A stretch of DNA of 54,630 nt. Source: a virus (Duplodnaviria; Caudoviricetes). A program made the translations under genes and the position numbers. The first letter of the stretch is position 1. Every line of letters begins with the position of its first letter. Location of the stretch: positions 1 to 54,630 of IMG/VR virus record IMGVR_UViG_3300028293_000001; one strand, given 5' to 3'. Below, piece by piece: positions 45,572 through 52,678 of the stretch. Below the pieces are notes generated by a model, which saw only the letters and a list, made by a program, of their open reading frames with translations, had not been told where the DNA came from and did no database searches.

Positions 45572-46657
45572 CTAAGCTAGTTCCTTAAGCGTGGGGGTGC
45601 GCTCGCGATTGGCGAACAACTCCCAGTTGGTGAAGCGATCGAGCACCGCGAACAGTTGATGCTCGCTCATGCCGATCCGCTCGAGCACCTCCCGGAGGCT
45701 GATCCCGCCGTAGAGGTACGGCACCCAGCCGTCGTAGGTGTGCACGAAGTCGAGCGCTTCGCTGCGGCTCACCTTGCCGCGGCGGATGTCGACTGAGAGC
45801 TGGGCGGCGGCACGGCCGTATCCGTATTTCCGATACATCGCGTGGTCGTGCAGTCCGGTCATCGCGTTGTCGAGGTTCTCGTGCTCCCACCAGTTGGCCT
45901 GGCAGGGCTTGTCCTGCAGCATGCCGTTGTCCCTCGCGACCTTGGCATTGCGCTCGGAGTCCCATTCGAAGAAGCTGCCGAGGAAGATCGCGCGCACGTG
46001 CCCGTAGTCCCCGGGTGCGTAGGGCTCCATATCCTGTTCCGTGAGCCCCTCGGTCCCCACCAGGTCGGCCGCCCGCAGCCCGAGAAAGCCGCCGAACTCG
46101 GTCACCCAGCGCCTAGTCATCTCCTGGGCCTCGTCGCTCCCCTCCGGGCCGCCGTAGGCCTCCTGCGGGTTCTCGCCGTAGATCACGATCGGGATCCCCA
46201 TCGCCTGGGCGATCCGCCAGGGAGTGTTGAAGATCGTGGCGTGCTCGGGCCAGCTGATGTCGCCCACGAGTTGCAGCCCGAGCCGGTTCAGCTTCGCGCG
46301 CACGGTCTTGTTCGGGGTGTACTCGAGGGTGGGGGCGAAGCGCGCGAGGTTGTCGATGTTCGCCCGCCCGATCGGGGTGAGCATGCAGGTGGTCGCGGTC
46401 ACGATGAGCGGCCGGTAGCCGAGCTCGATCACCTTGAGCACCTGCCAGTGGCTGTCCTTGCCACCGGAACTCGCCACGACGCAGTCGAAGGGCGACTCGT
46501 TCGCGTAATCGGCCATGAGTTCGTGGAAGTCCATCTCCTTGCGAGGCCAGTCGATCTTCGGGCGCTTGGCGAAGGACCTGCAGGCCGCGCACACTCCATC
46601 CCGGAACGGGGTATCCGGGCGGGTATCGGGGATGACGCACAGACGACAGCGCTTCAC
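45572..46657 (-). CDS. N-acetyl sugar amidotransferase (PseA/WbuX family)
   Basis: CRLC..PDTRP...GVC.AC, DCVVASSGGKDS (PP-loop), YGEN..E.YGG, NLDN...HD...YRKYGYGRA. Confidence 0.9.
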   Translation of the reverse strand: MKRCRLCVIPDTRPDTPFRDGVCAACRSFAKRPKIDWPRKEMDFHELMADYANESPFDCVVASSGGKDSHWQVLKVIELGYRPLIVTATTCMLTPIGRANIDNLARFAPTLEYTPNKTVRAKLNRLGLQLVGDISWPEHATIFNTPWRIAQAMGIPIVIYGENPQEAYGGPEGSDEAQEMTRRWVTEFGGFLGLRAADLVGTEGLTEQDMEPYAPGDYGHVRAIFLGSFFEWDSERNAKVARDNGMLQDKPCQANWWEHENLDNAMTGLHDHAMYRKYGYGRAAAQLSVDIRRGKVSRSEALDFVHTYDGWVPYLYGGISLREVLERIGMSEHQLFAVLDRFTNWELFANRERTPTLKELA

Positions 46658-46821
46658 GTGTTGCTCCTCGGGGGCACGAATGGGTTGGGCTTCAGTTCCG
46701 GGTAGGCCGCCTCGAGCTCCCGCAGATCGGCCGCAGCGTCCATCACGCCGTGCCAGTCGCCCTCGTCGATCTTCATCTCCAGGTAACTCAGGTAGCGCTT
46801 CCAGCGCTCCTCGGGGCTCAC
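46654..46821 (-). CDS. Hypothetical protein (55 aa)
   Basis: GTGA overlaps at both ends; YL.MKI...DWHGV.DAA.DLRE. Confidence 0.6.
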   Translation of the reverse strand: MSPEERWKRYLSYLEMKIDEGDWHGVMDAAADLRELEAAYPELKPNPFVPPRSNT

Positions 46822-47411
46822 GCGCGCCGCCCGAGCCAGTAGGTGCAGCGATCGAAGCCTGGGCACTCGTCCCCGTAATCCACGATCTTCACCTGGTGCG
46901 CCTCGAGCACGGCCCCGTAGTTGCGCCGCCACAGGAGATCCTTTTCGCCGCGGTACTCGATCGGCTCGTCCGCGCCCGATTCGCTCACGTACTCCACGGC
47001 GAGCACCCAGTCGACGCTCATCTCCACCAGGTGGCTGACAGTGGCGTGCAGGTTCTCGGGCGCCACGTGGATCAGCACGCCGGCGGTGAAGGCGAGTTCG
47101 CAGGGGAGGATGGCCGGGGTCTTTCCCTGGGGTTCGCGCAGGAGCACTGCGCGCAGGCCGGCCGCCCTCGCCTGCAGCACCGCGCGCTCGTTCACGTCCA
47201 CGCCGATGCACTCGATGTGGCGCTGCGCTGCGGCTTGGATGGCTGACAGATTCCAGCCGGCGTTGCACCCGAGTTCGTAGGCCGAGCGCACGCCGGTCTG
47301 CGAGAGGATCCGCTTCCAGAAGGGGATGCGGTCCCACCAGGTGACCCGGTTGCGCGCGGTGTAGGCGTCCCCGAACTCACCCGCCCAGGCTTCCTCTTGG
47401 CGGGTCATCAT
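46818..47411 (-). CDS. Pseudaminic acid biosynthesis-associated SAM methyltransferase
   Basis: QE..WAGEFGD.Y..RN, ELGCNAGWNL, GVDVN, FT.GVLIHV.P, EY...YRG....LW.RNYG. Confidence 0.88.
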   Translation of the reverse strand: MMTRQEEAWAGEFGDAYTARNRVTWWDRIPFWKRILSQTGVRSAYELGCNAGWNLSAIQAAAQRHIECIGVDVNERAVLQARAAGLRAVLLREPQGKTPAILPCELAFTAGVLIHVAPENLHATVSHLVEMSVDWVLAVEYVSESGADEPIEYRGEKDLLWRRNYGAVLEAHQVKIVDYGDECPGFDRCTYWLGRRA

Positions 47412-48121
47412 GTGAGCCTCTTTCCGCCCTCGACCAGCGCCGCGTACATCAACTCGGCGCGGATCCAGTCCTCCTCGGTGTCGATATCCTGGACCCGCCA
47501 GCGCGGGATCGGCACGCCGATCGAGGCAGGCGCGTAGATCTGCTCCTCGCGCAGGAAAGCCGAGGCCCTTCCCCAGTACCACTGGCCGGCGTCGTGCCAA
47601 TGCTCCTCGAGGTCCTGGGAGCGGGTATCGGCGTGTTCGGACCAGACCGGCCAGATCGCGCCATCGGACCTGCGGCTAAGAGCGCGCTGGACCGGGAAGG
47701 GGAAGGTGGTGACCGCGAAGGCGTAGGTCGGATTCCACTCGGTCTTCGTGAGGCATGTGTGGCCCAGGCGTATGTCCTGCGGGGTCACCATCGGTGCGGT
47801 CGCGTAGAGGCAACAGACCTCGTCGCCCCATCCAGCCTCGAGCTTCGTCAGGGCGTGGCGCATCACGGCCTGGGTTCCGGTTTTGTCGTCGGCCAGTTCG
47901 TCAGGGCGAAGGACCACGAGCGCCACGTCCTCCCAGTATTTGTTGACGATGGCGGCGATCTCGCGGTCCTCGGTGCTCACCCAGATGCCGTCGAAGAGCT
48001 GGCTGTCCCTGGCCGCGGCGATCGAGTAGTTGATGATCGGGATCCCGTGGAAGGGCTTGATGTTCTTGCGCGGGATCCGCTTGCTCCCGCCGCGGGCCGG
48101 GATGATGCAGAAGCGGCTCAC
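47408..48121 (-). CDS. pseF: CMP-nonulosonate synthetase (pseudaminic acid cytidylyltransferase)
   Basis: IIPARGGSKRIPRKNIK, VSTED, RP.ELADD, CLYATAP, RSQDLE...HDAGQ.YWG, VQDIDT.EDW. Confidence 0.9.
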   Translation of the reverse strand: MSRFCIIPARGGSKRIPRKNIKPFHGIPIINYSIAAARDSQLFDGIWVSTEDREIAAIVNKYWEDVALVVLRPDELADDKTGTQAVMRHALTKLEAGWGDEVCCLYATAPMVTPQDIRLGHTCLTKTEWNPTYAFAVTTFPFPVQRALSRRSDGAIWPVWSEHADTRSQDLEEHWHDAGQWYWGRASAFLREEQIYAPASIGVPIPRWRVQDIDTEEDWIRAELMYAALVEGGKRLT

Positions 48122-48996
48122 TTGGCCTCCGGCGGCTTGAAGTCGAGCGGCTCGACCACGAGCTTGCCATCCTGCCAGCGGTGGTTCCTGAACTGCATGC
48201 CGTCGTCGCGCGGCAGCGGGCCGTAGGTCGCCGCGTCCTTGTTCAGGTCGCGCGCCTCGACCACCAGCTTCACGTCGTCGTAGCCGTAGGTGGTGTCGCT
48301 CACCACTAGGTGGTACTGCCGGAGGATGTCGCAGTCGGGCATGGCCTTGACCTTCACCCCGCGGCCCTCGGCGAACCCGCACCAATACTCGAGACAGGCC
48401 CTCGCGCTGATCGGCTCGCCGCGCGGGGTATCGAGGGCAAGGCCCACACCGTGGAGCCCGATCTCGACCGCGCCGAGCGCGATCGCGTAGGCGACCATCA
48501 TGTCGATGCTGCCGGCGTGGTAGATGCCGCCGCGGGGCCCGAGCACCGTGTGCAATTGATGCCGCGGGAAGAGGTGCTCATTCGCCAGCAGGCCGTTCCA
48601 GGTATCGATCACGTAGAAGGGGACGGTCGGGTTGTTCTTCGACCAGTCGGCGTCCCAGATGATGTACTCGTAGCAGTCGCGGTTCAGGTGTGCGAAGCGG
48701 TGCAGGTTGAACATGCGCGCCCAGCGCACCGGTGCCCAGCGGTTCTGGGGCCTGTTGTCCGGTCTGATCGCGTTGAGGCCCCAGATCTCCCAGCTGTAGT
48801 CGTAGTGCGCGTGCAGGAAGTACTTCTCCTTGGCGCCGCCGGCGATGATGGCGACTCGGAGCGGGGGCTTCTCGCGGCTCGGCTGGCCTGGCGGGTACGG
48901 CGCGGCGGTTTCCCTGGGCGGGGATGGCCGGTCCTGGGCGGCGGCGAAGGCCTGCTTCTCTATGGCGCGGTCGTTCTTGGATCTCCTGCCGAACAT
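48118..48996 (-). CDS. Sialyltransferase/Maf-fold protein, candidate transferase 3
   Basis: RVAIIAGG, WEIWGLN, FNLH, SIDMMVAYAIALGAVEIGLHGV, RACLEYWCGFAEGRG; coupled to pseF. Confidence 0.6.
   Translation of the reverse strand: MFGRRSKNDRAIEKQAFAAAQDRPSPPRETAAPYPPGQPSREKPPLRVAIIAGGAKEKYFLHAHYDYSWEIWGLNAIRPDNRPQNRWAPVRWARMFNLHRFAHLNRDCYEYIIWDADWSKNNPTVPFYVIDTWNGLLANEHLFPRHQLHTVLGPRGGIYHAGSIDMMVAYAIALGAVEIGLHGVGLALDTPRGEPISARACLEYWCGFAEGRGVKVKAMPDCDILRQYHLVVSDTTYGYDDVKLVVEARDLNKDAATYGPLPRDDGMQFRNHRWQDGKLVVEPLDFKPPEAK
48874..48929. repeat. 56-bp exact direct repeat, copy 2
   Basis: Identical to 44080-44135. Confidence 0.95.
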
Positions 48997-49009
48997 CGCG
49001 TTCTCCTCT

Positions 49010-49405
49010 CTATCGGGCGTTGGGATCCATCGCGGCCAGGTCGGAGATTGCTTGAAGCACCTGGTCTACGACGTGGGCGGCCATGTACACGGGCTTGCGG
49101 CCGTCCTTGTCCATGCTCACGAGCATGATCGTCACGCGGGTGATGAGCCCCTCGCGCAGCCTGCCGGCAGCATACTGCATTCGCTGCTCCTTCGTCACGG
49201 CGCGCTGGATGTAGTCGGCCTCGGCGCTCATCGCGTCGGCCACGTTCCTCGCGCCGTTGGGGTCGAAGGCGACCCACAGCTTGGGCTCTGGGAAGCGCAG
49301 CACCACCTTGTCGGCGTCGTGCGCCACTATCACCGAGCTGGCGCCCGGGGCCCCCAGGCTCTTGAACTCGGGCGGCTCGTGTTCCTGGCCGTTATTCCCG
49401 CTCAC
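49010..49405 (-). CDS. Hypothetical protein (131 aa)
   Basis: Packed ORF in the sugar cluster. Confidence 0.65.
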   Translation of the reverse strand: MSGNNGQEHEPPEFKSLGAPGASSVIVAHDADKVVLRFPEPKLWVAFDPNGARNVADAMSAEADYIQRAVTKEQRMQYAAGRLREGLITRVTIMLVSMDKDGRKPVYMAAHVVDQVLQAISDLAAMDPNAR

Positions 49406-49706
49406 GGGCCTTGGCCTCGTCCGCGTCCAGAATCTTGCCGATCTCGACGATCTTCTTCGCCAAGGTGTAGGGATCGTGCTTTGCCCCGCAGGCGACTGCC
49501 GAGGCCATCACGGTCAGCCCGTGGTTGTAGGCCTGCTCGGCCGTGAGCGTCAGGAACTGGCCCCTGAAGGCCGGGCGGAAGATGAAGGCGATGCCGGTCT
49601 TGCGCGAGCCGACGATGTCGATGTCCTGCTTCTCGGTCTTCACGGCCTCGGCCGCCCGCGCCTCCGAGCTCTGCTTCTTGCGCCGCAGGATTTCGTTGAT
49701 TCTCAT
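49392..49706 (-). CDS. Hypothetical protein (104 aa)
   Basis: ATGA-coupled to the aminotransferase. Confidence 0.65.
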   Translation of the reverse strand: MRINEILRRKKQSSEARAAEAVKTEKQDIDIVGSRKTGIAFIFRPAFRGQFLTLTAEQAYNHGLTVMASAVACGAKHDPYTLAKKIVEIGKILDADEAKARERE

Positions 49707-50341
49707 TTGAAGATCTCCATCTGGGAAAGGTCGGGGTAGTCGTCGTTCGGCAAGTCGCCGCCGGCGCCGATGATCGGAAGGCGCACGAGGCCAGCGGCGG
49801 CGATCTCCGGGCTCATGTAGGCGTGCCAGCCTGCGAAGGTGAACACGTCGTCCTTCGGGGCCACGCCTTCGGCGCGGCCGTCAAAGCGCGCCCGGCGCAG
49901 CCAGGCATCGGCCTTGGCGTCGTCGTGCAGAATGGCGCCGCCCTGCTGGATCCCGAGGATCTTCGACCAGTGGAAACTTGTGCACAGCATGACCGACCGG
50001 TGGTCGACAGCTTCGACGGCCATCGTGTACATGTGGCGCGCGAAGCGCCTTGCGCAATCCCAGACCGGCAGGGGCTCTAGCCGGTAGGCTCCATGCCAGT
50101 CGTCGTCGCGGAATACCGGCCGCCCTCCAGCGTGGATGATGCTCATGGGCACGCTAACGTAGGTGCGCTTGGGGATTTCGATCGAATGCCTACCGGGATA
50201 TGTGCCCATGCCACGCAGATGCCACGCCACCGCGAGCAGCAGCGCCATCGTGCAGCTCGAGGTGGTCACAGCGTAGGGTGCGCCGGTGTAGTCGCACAGA
50301 GCGGCCTCGAAGTCCTTGACCACCTGGAAAGGGTTCTTCAT
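49703..50341 (-). CDS. Short DegT/DnrJ/EryC1/StrS PLP aminotransferase (PseC-like)
   Basis: FE.ALCDYTGAPYAV..SSCTMAL, TYVSVPMSI, DCA, SFHWSK (PLP lysine), GGAIL; only 212 aa. Confidence 0.8.
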   Translation of the reverse strand: MKNPFQVVKDFEAALCDYTGAPYAVTTSSCTMALLLAVAWHLRGMGTYPGRHSIEIPKRTYVSVPMSIIHAGGRPVFRDDDWHGAYRLEPLPVWDCARRFARHMYTMAVEAVDHRSVMLCTSFHWSKILGIQQGGAILHDDAKADAWLRRARFDGRAEGVAPKDDVFTFAGWHAYMSPEIAAAGLVRLPIIGAGGDLPNDDYPDLSQMEIFK

Positions 50342-51243
50342 ACCTTGGTGAGCTCCGTTCGAAGTTCCTCGATCGTCATCCTGGGGGCGTCGCAGGAGCG
50401 CCGAGGTCCCTCCGGCTCCCCCGCGGCGAGCATGGTCTCGTGTAGCTTCTCGTCAGGGCCGAGGACCTGGTCGACCCAGAGCCCGACCGGGCTCGGCTCG
50501 CCCTCTGGCAGCATAGCGGCGAGCAGGTCGCCAAGCCTGTAGGCTGGCAACTCCGGGACGATCAGGGTGCCAGACAGGGCGCGGGAGGCCTTGATCACGA
50601 GCTCGACCGCCTGGTCGGCGCGGATCCAGAATCGGGTCACATCCGGCGTGCGGATCGTGATATCGCGCTTGGCCGCGATCGCCGCGCGCCAGGTCGGGAT
50701 GACCGAGCCCGTGCTGCCGGCCACGTTCCCGTAGCGCACCGCGGTGAAGTTCGGACCGTGGGGTGCCATGGCCACCGCGCCCAGCATCAGCTTCTCGGCG
50801 ACGAGTTTGGTCGCCCCGTAGCAGTTGAGCGGCTCGGCCGCTTTGTCGCTCGACACGAACACGACCCGGTCGACCCCCGCGTCGATCGCCGCGTCGATCA
50901 CGTTCTGAGTCCCGAGGATGTTGGTCTTCACCATCTCGGTGGGGTTGTAGATCCCGACCTCGACGCGCTTCAAGGCCGCGGCATGGATCACCGTATCGAC
51001 CGATTCCATGGCTCGGGTGAGGCGCTCGCGATCGCGCACGTCCCCGATGAACCAGCGTAGCCGCGGGTCGTCGCCGAACTCCGCACGCATCGCTGCCTGG
51101 GCGGCCTCACCGCGCGAGTAGATGCACACCCGCTCGGTGTGCTGGTCGGCCTTCAGTTCGGTGAGGATGTGCCGCACGAGCGCCCGGCCGAGGAAGCCTG
51201 TGCCGCCGGTGATCAGCCAGCCGAGGCCCGGGGATTTCAGCAT
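50338..51243 (-). CDS. pseB: UDP-GlcNAc 4,6-dehydratase (PseB/FlaA1 family)
   Basis: ITGGTGFLG, YSR.E, FIGDVRD, HAAALK.V...YNP.E.VKTN, SSDKA..P.N.YGATK, RYGNV.GSTGSVIP, TRFWI. Confidence 0.9.
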   Translation of the reverse strand: MLKSPGLGWLITGGTGFLGRALVRHILTELKADQHTERVCIYSRGEAAQAAMRAEFGDDPRLRWFIGDVRDRERLTRAMESVDTVIHAAALKRVEVGIYNPTEMVKTNILGTQNVIDAAIDAGVDRVVFVSSDKAAEPLNCYGATKLVAEKLMLGAVAMAPHGPNFTAVRYGNVAGSTGSVIPTWRAAIAAKRDITIRTPDVTRFWIRADQAVELVIKASRALSGTLIVPELPAYRLGDLLAAMLPEGEPSPVGLWVDQVLGPDEKLHETMLAAGEPEGPRRSCDAPRMTIEELRTELTKV

Positions 51244-51247
51244 GTGG

Positions 51248-51296
51248 AAAAAAGTGGGCCCGGAGCGCTCGAGTGTCGAACGCTGGATCCAGGCCC
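51248..51296 (-). terminator. Terminator/attenuator-like hairpin in the late leader
   Basis: GGGCCTGG...AGCGTTCGA-CAC-TCGAGCGCT-CCGGGCCC followed by ACTTTTTT, 4 nt before the pseB ATG. Confidence 0.55.
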
Positions 51297-51339
51297 GGAG
51301 GTCCGGCTTGGGGCCGGAAGGGAGAAGAGAAGCGCGGAA

Positions 51340-51368
51340 ATTGTAGCGCCGGTCATGTTGCGTTGCAA
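51340..51368 (-). promoter_or_regulatory. Sigma70-type promoter heading the sugar/late region
   Basis: TTGCAA-17-TACAAT on the minus strand. Confidence 0.75.
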
Positions 51369-51373
51369 TGACA

Positions 51374-51883
51374 TCAGGCGTGCTCCTCGTAGCCCCATCG
51401 GGCTATCAGGATGGCCTCGGCGCGGTTGTGGTCCTTCTTCCGAGCCAGGTCGGCCTCGGGGTAGAAGCGCTGGGCGAGTTCGCGCGCCTTGCCCTTATTC
51501 TCCTTGCCGCCGGGGATGCTGAATGCCTTCTTCCAGCTGCCCGGGGTGACCTCGCAGTTCGGAAAGCGGCACGCCACAACGACGCCCTCAATGATCCCAG
51601 TGGTATGCCCCAGGCTAAAAACACTCGAGGTCCCCTGCGGCTTCGTGCCCGGAGCTCGGAAAGGGGCCTGGCGCTCGAGCACCACAAGAATGGCTTCGCG
51701 GTCGTAGTCACGTGTCCACTCCCTCAATAGCTGGGCGAGCGCGGCGGCGTTCACCTGGTTTTTCACCTTGGCCTCGCCGTTGCCGCGCGTCATGGTCGGC
51801 ATGTCGGCCACGGCCTCGAGGCCGCGCGGGCCCACCATGGCAAGCGCTCCCGACAGGCCCGGATCGACGCCGATGATCTGCAT
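51374..51883 (-). CDS. RuvC-like Holliday junction resolvase
   Basis: IIGVDPGLSGA, VVLE, F.LG...G, TP..WKK, DHNRAEA.LIA. Confidence 0.85.
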   Translation of the reverse strand: MQIIGVDPGLSGALAMVGPRGLEAVADMPTMTRGNGEAKVKNQVNAAALAQLLREWTRDYDREAILVVLERQAPFRAPGTKPQGTSSVFSLGHTTGIIEGVVVACRFPNCEVTPGSWKKAFSIPGGKENKGKARELAQRFYPEADLARKKDHNRAEAILIARWGYEEHA

Positions 51884-52278
51884 CAGAAGTTCACCCCGAC
51901 GTGCACGGTGCTGTTGTGGTTGATCACCGCGACCTCGATCCCGATCGTCACGTACTGCCAGGCCTCGCGCCAGCCACGCGGGAGCGCGTAGGCTATGCCG
52001 GCGTGCACCGCCGACCCGATGAGCGTGGCAACTGCCAGCTTCGTGCCGCTCGGGTTGCGACCCAGGAGCGGGTTGCTCTCGTGCATCTGGTGGCACACCG
52101 GGCCCCGCTGCTCCGAGCATGGCACGTTGCTATGCAGCAGAGCGTTGGTCTGGTAGGCATCGTAGGCGAACAGGCTCACGTTGATCGCCTCGCGCACCGT
52201 GTCGGCGTCGGTCCACTCGTCGTGGGCCGCAGCCGGCATGGCCATGGCGAGCAGGAGCCAGGCGCCGGAGATCCTCAT
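51883..52278 (-). CDS. Exported/membrane hypothetical protein
   Basis: Signal peptide MRISGAWLLLAMAMPAAA; D...T...E.NPLLG..P motif. Confidence 0.7.
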   Translation of the reverse strand: MRISGAWLLLAMAMPAAAHDEWTDADTVREAINVSLFAYDAYQTNALLHSNVPCSEQRGPVCHQMHESNPLLGRNPSGTKLAVATLIGSAVHAGIAYALPRGWREAWQYVTIGIEVAVINHNSTVHVGVNF

Positions 52279-52499
52279 CCCTCCCCCTGCTTCAGCTTGG
52301 CGACGCATTCGCCGTGGATCAGTCCTTGCGTATAGGCATCAAAGGCCAGACGCTCCATTTGCTCTCGGACGCTCTGAAATACATTGAACGATGCCTCATG
52401 GAATCGCACAATCGGGCTTACTTGTTCCCGAGCGACAGCGGCAATTTCCGCCGGAATCTTGACCGTCATCAACCCCAATCGTTCGGCGCGGCTTCTCAC
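52275..52499 (-). CDS. Hypothetical protein (74 aa)
   Basis: GTGA and ATGA coupling to its neighbours. Confidence 0.55.
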   Translation of the reverse strand: MRSRAERLGLMTVKIPAEIAAVAREQVSPIVRFHEASFNVFQSVREQMERLAFDAYTQGLIHGECVAKLKQGEG

Positions 52500-52678
52500 T
52501 TTCTCTCCTGCTGAGACATGGCGGCGTCGGCGAGCGCCTCGATCGCGCGCACGCCATCGCACTGGGCGGCGTGGGGCATGCCTTCGACCCGCCCGCAGAA
52601 GCGGCACACGTAGGCCGGGTCCTTCCAGTGGTGCCGGTAGGCGTAGAGGATGGTGCGCCGCGCCTGCTCGTTATCCAT
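52496..52678 (-). CDS. Small Cys/His protein (60 aa)
   Basis: GGAGG RBS; CRFC...H...C. Confidence 0.55.
   Translation of the reverse strand: MDNEQARRTILYAYRHHWKDPAYVCRFCGRVEGMPHAAQCDGVRAIEALADAAMSQQERK

Noticed and set aside
42795-51243. Sugar cluster as flanking bacterial chromosome
   Set aside because: It is internal to a circular phage genome, interleaved with phage-like orphans, coupled to the gene upstream of terS, and has a paralog next to terL. No att site or integrase was seen. Read mapping is still advisable.
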